A stretch of 64,000 nucleotides of DNA from an uncultured Bacilli bacterium. GTDB taxonomy: Bacteria; Bacillota_I; Bacilli_A; RF39; UBA660. The stretch lies in contig CAKPCB010000007.1 in the NCBI GenBank assembly GCA_934141245.1, positions 4,032 to 68,031 on the forward strand, given 5' to 3'. The notes below the pieces were generated by a model. It saw only the letters and a list, made by a program, of their open reading frames with translations. It had not been told where the DNA came from and searched no databases. Below are positions 59,037 to 64,000 of this stretch, piece by piece. Both the position numbers and the translations under genes were made by a program. Within the stretch, counting starts at the first letter, position 1. Every line of letters begins with the position of its first letter.

Positions 59037-61646
59037 TTATATAAAAGATAAAATAAATATAAATAGTGGAACTATATAAAATATCAATAATAATACAATA
59101 TATAAAACTAAATAAGTGATGTAGGTCAATCTATTAAATATTTCACAACTGGTTATTTTTTCGTAAAACTTTATAAACAATAATGTTCCAATTATACCTA
59201 AAATTGATAATAAAATTGATATTTTCAATCCAGGAGTTGTATAGCTAATTTTAATATTATTTTCTCCATCTTTTAATCTTATTCCAATAAAATTATCAAA
59301 CACTTTTATTATTTCTGTAGAATGACCGTTTTGAGTTGCACTCATACCCTTTAAATATGGAACAGGAATAAATAATATATCTTCGTTATCACTATTATAT
59401 GAAATATTTAAATTATTATTTTCATAGTTAATACCTATTTCATATTTATTATCTTCAAAATATTGTCTTAATAATTTTCTATCAAGTAAACCAAAACTTA
59501 TACTAACATTTCTTGATATATTCTTTTTTATTAAGACTTTAACTTCAACTTTTTCATTGTTAAATGTACCAAGTTTTAGCACCGAATTATTATCTCTATT
59601 GTAGAAATCTTTAAATAAAAGTTCATCATTTACATATATATCAAAACAATTATATAATTTATTTTTTTCTATGTTCACATAAGATGTAAATGCTTCTAGA
59701 TATATTGTTTTTGCATCACTTATATCAAAGGTTTTACTTATATAAGCCTCTTTTGATTTATCAATTATTTCAAGCTTTCCTTCATCATATTTAACATTTT
59801 CAAGTTCAAAATCATTATATATATTTATTATTTCATTTTGACTATTTGATACTGTTTTGTAAATAATATTTGTTGCATCAAAAGAGTTTTTCACATTCTT
59901 TAGACTTTTATTTTCCTCTAGAACATATCCTTTTGATATAGGAAGAGTTGCCTCATATATGTTTAAATTACCATTAGTTTTATATAATTTATAGTATTCC
60001 TCGTCAACTTTATTTTTTGTTATATAATACTTGTTTGATAGAATAAAATCAGTAAAATAATTACCTCCTGTTGAAGAAGTATAATAAGAGTTATATCCCA
60101 ACTTCTGATATTCAATAAATACATCATTGTTTGTTAATGAAGTAAAGTAATCTTGGGTTTGTTTATTTGTTATTGCACCAAAATTAGAAATCATTCCACT
60201 ATTATCTTGTTTGTAATGGTAACCTGCCTCAGTTTCAAATGTATTTATATAATTCATATTATTATAATTTGAATAGAATTCTTTACTTGTTGAATCTATA
60301 CCAATATATATAAAAGATTGACTTAAGCAAAATACTAGTAGATTTATCATTAAGAACGTTTTTGAAAACGCGCTTTTTTTGTTACCAAATCTAAATATTA
60401 CAAAATAAGAAATTAAATTAAGGAACGCTAATATTGCAGCAATAAAGAATGCTTTATGATTAAAGCTAAATGATAATTTGTTAACGCCTTGTTGTAGAAT
60501 TGGATAATATTTATAACTAACTATTCCGATTAGTAATACCGATATAATTGTACTTATTATAATCAATAGCTTATTATCGTGATTTCCTTCATCTTTAGAA
60601 TTTACATACATACATGAGAAAATGCTTAACATAAACATCAAAATGAATCCATATCTATACGGATAACATACATAACTACCAAAGTGTAACATCTTATTTA
60701 TTGGCTCTATTATTATTGGTATTCCCAATAACAACAAACTCATGATAATAAAAGTAATATTAGTTTTATTTTGCTTATATTTTCTAAGAAACAATAACAT
60801 GCACGCCATAGGTGCCATACTTGATGTTAAAAACATTAACTTATCAATAATTGGACCAAATTTTGACATACCTAATTGGCTAAAATTAACTCCCATTCTT
60901 GCAGAAGATAATATCTGTAAAAATACTGGTATTAAAGCAATAGATGATATTAATAATGATAGTAAAACAGATAATCCTAAAGAGACAATTGCCTTACGTG
61001 TATTTTGATTTTTATATATTTTTAAGTAAATAATAGATATAAAAAATATAAACACAATGCACATTAACGAAATATAAAAGTTAAATATCAAGGACATCGA
61101 AAGAATTATAATAAATAATTTAGGCTTTCTTAAATTTAATAACTCATCAAGACCAAGCATTAACAGTGGAAATAGATATACAATGTCAATCCATCCAGTT
61201 ATTATATATAGTGATAAATTATATGTCGATAGTGCATAAATAATGCTGAAAAAATATTTATAAAAATCTCCTAAATCTTTAAATTTTTTATCTAGAAAAC
61301 AATTACATGTAATTGCAGATAATACTATTTTTAATAAAACAATAATATTTACGGCATTTGGAATGTCATTTCTTTGAAACAATAAAACTAAGAATGTGAA
61401 TGGACTTGATATATAATAGAAAAAATTAGGAATAAAGCTGGATGCAATACCTCCAGTATAGTCGATCAATATAGACTTTCCATTACGTATCACATCATAA
61501 AAATTATAATATAGTGGAACGATTTGTTCATACATATCTCCCCACATTATATAATTCTTTCCAAAAGGATACATTCCTTTTCCTAAAAATACAATTAGTA
61601 ATATAACTGCTACTATTAAACCAGAAAAAAAATACTTTTTTTTCAT
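59037..61646 (-). CDS. YfhO-family polytopic membrane protein (glycosyltransferase-C-like)
   Basis: It is about 870 aa, with many TM helices over the first ~470 aa, a large extracytoplasmic domain and a C-terminal TM region. I moved the start to ATG 61646, behind RBS GAGGTG. Confidence 0.7.
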   Translation of the reverse strand: MKKKYFFSGLIVAVILLIVFLGKGMYPFGKNYIMWGDMYEQIVPLYYNFYDVIRNGKSILIDYTGGIASSFIPNFFYYISSPFTFLVLLFQRNDIPNAVNIIVLLKIVLSAITCNCFLDKKFKDLGDFYKYFFSIIYALSTYNLSLYIITGWIDIVYLFPLLMLGLDELLNLRKPKLFIIILSMSLIFNFYISLMCIVFIFFISIIYLKIYKNQNTRKAIVSLGLSVLLSLLISSIALIPVFLQILSSARMGVNFSQLGMSKFGPIIDKLMFLTSSMAPMACMLLFLRKYKQNKTNITFIIMSLLLLGIPIIIEPINKMLHFGSYVCYPYRYGFILMFMLSIFSCMYVNSKDEGNHDNKLLIIISTIISVLLIGIVSYKYYPILQQGVNKLSFSFNHKAFFIAAILAFLNLISYFVIFRFGNKKSAFSKTFLMINLLVFCLSQSFIYIGIDSTSKEFYSNYNNMNYINTFETEAGYHYKQDNSGMISNFGAITNKQTQDYFTSLTNNDVFIEYQKLGYNSYYTSSTGGNYFTDFILSNKYYITKNKVDEEYYKLYKTNGNLNIYEATLPISKGYVLEENKSLKNVKNSFDATNIIYKTVSNSQNEIINIYNDFELENVKYDEGKLEIIDKSKEAYISKTFDISDAKTIYLEAFTSYVNIEKNKLYNCFDIYVNDELLFKDFYNRDNNSVLKLGTFNNEKVEVKVLIKKNISRNVSISFGLLDRKLLRQYFEDNKYEIGINYENNNLNISYNSDNEDILFIPVPYLKGMSATQNGHSTEIIKVFDNFIGIRLKDGENNIKISYTTPGLKISILLSILGIIGTLLFIKFYEKITSCEIFNRLTYITYLVLYIVLLLIFYIVPLFIFILSFI

Positions 61647-61715
61647 AACACACCTCATATACCATAACTTCATTATATCTTCCATACATGTTATTTTCAA
61701 GTAAAATTAAATCAT

Positions 61716-61751
61716 ATAAAAATCCACCATGAATTAATCATAGTGGATTTT
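61716..61751 (-). terminator. Intrinsic terminator after ligA
   Basis: Minus strand: the AAAATCCAC-(15-nt loop)-GTGGATTTT hairpin is followed by TATATG. Confidence 0.55.
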
Positions 61752-61817
61752 CAAATATGGTGAATAAAATAAATTACTATTTTCCTAATCACCATTATTA
61801 TTATCTGCATTTAATTA

Positions 61818-63836
<2,019 letters not shown>

Positions 63837-63885
63837 CTATGGATAACACTTTTTTATTATCAATTAACATTCAAAGCTTAACATC

Positions 63886-63920
63886 AAAGTAAAAATCGAC
63901 TCTTTTATGAATCGATTTTT
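63886..63920 (-). terminator. Intrinsic terminator after the partial upstream gene
   Basis: Minus strand: the AAAATCGA-(loop)-TCGATTTT hairpin is followed by TACTTTG. Confidence 0.45.
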
Positions 63921-63928
63921 ATTTTTTA

Positions 63929-64000
63929 TTAAAAGCCTCTTGATGAGCCCCCTCCACCGGATGAGCCTCCTCCGCCATGAAAACCTCCAGATGATGATCT
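63929..64000 (-). CDS. 3' end of a gene running off the window; Gly/Ser-rich C-terminal tail
   Basis: My own translation is ...RSSSGGFHGGGGSSGGGGSSRGF*. Such tails are typical of TPM/YgcG-type proteins, but only 23 codons are visible. Confidence 0.35.
   Translation of the reverse strand, partial: RSSSGGFHGGGGSSGGGGSSRGF

Overview
This is a very AT-rich, low-GC Firmicutes-type chromosomal segment from an endospore former. Evidence for sporulation: cotJB-cotJC, a CotD-like Cys/His-rich protein, a Cse60-like small gene and a collagen-like exosporium-type gene. I count roughly 50 protein genes, mostly on the minus strand.

The backbone is housekeeping and partly syntenic with the Bacillus subtilis 'yt' region (ezrA, rpsD, tyrS, ytxG/ytxH, trmB, leuS, ytqA-type radical SAM). 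It includes RNase J, RNase Y, phosphoketolase, RecG, pyruvate:ferredoxin oxidoreductase, FtsY, YlxM, Ffh, EzrA, ribosomal protein S4, TyrRS and LeuRS (each behind a T-box leader), TrmB, a GH31 glycosidase, a YfhO-type membrane protein and LigA.

Accessory and cell-envelope material is interleaved:
- a dockerin-bearing glucosaminidase next to a cohesin-like membrane anchor, with two more cohesin-like paralogs elsewhere
- an LCP protein
- a CapA / phosphodiester-glycosidase / two-module membrane protein operon
- an 819-aa Ig-repeat surface protein
- three FemAB-family transferases with a MurJ/YtgP-like flippase
- a TnpB (IS200/IS605) N-terminal remnant
- a compact orphan UvrD-like helicase
- an islet of hypothetical genes between xfp and recG

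I saw no rRNA, tRNA or CRISPR array by eye.

Most worth a second look:
1. A HerA/FtsK-type ATPase inserted between ylxM and ffh with no known partner gene.
2. Two roughly 100-nt candidate C-rich sRNAs of shared architecture flanking recG.
3. The dockerin/cohesin pairing around a peptidoglycan hydrolase.
4. A collagen-like gene split by a frameshift at a C5/G5 run.
5. A Leu T-box that first drives a small membrane protein overlapping leuS.

All functional calls come from motif recognition by eye. No searches or computations were run.
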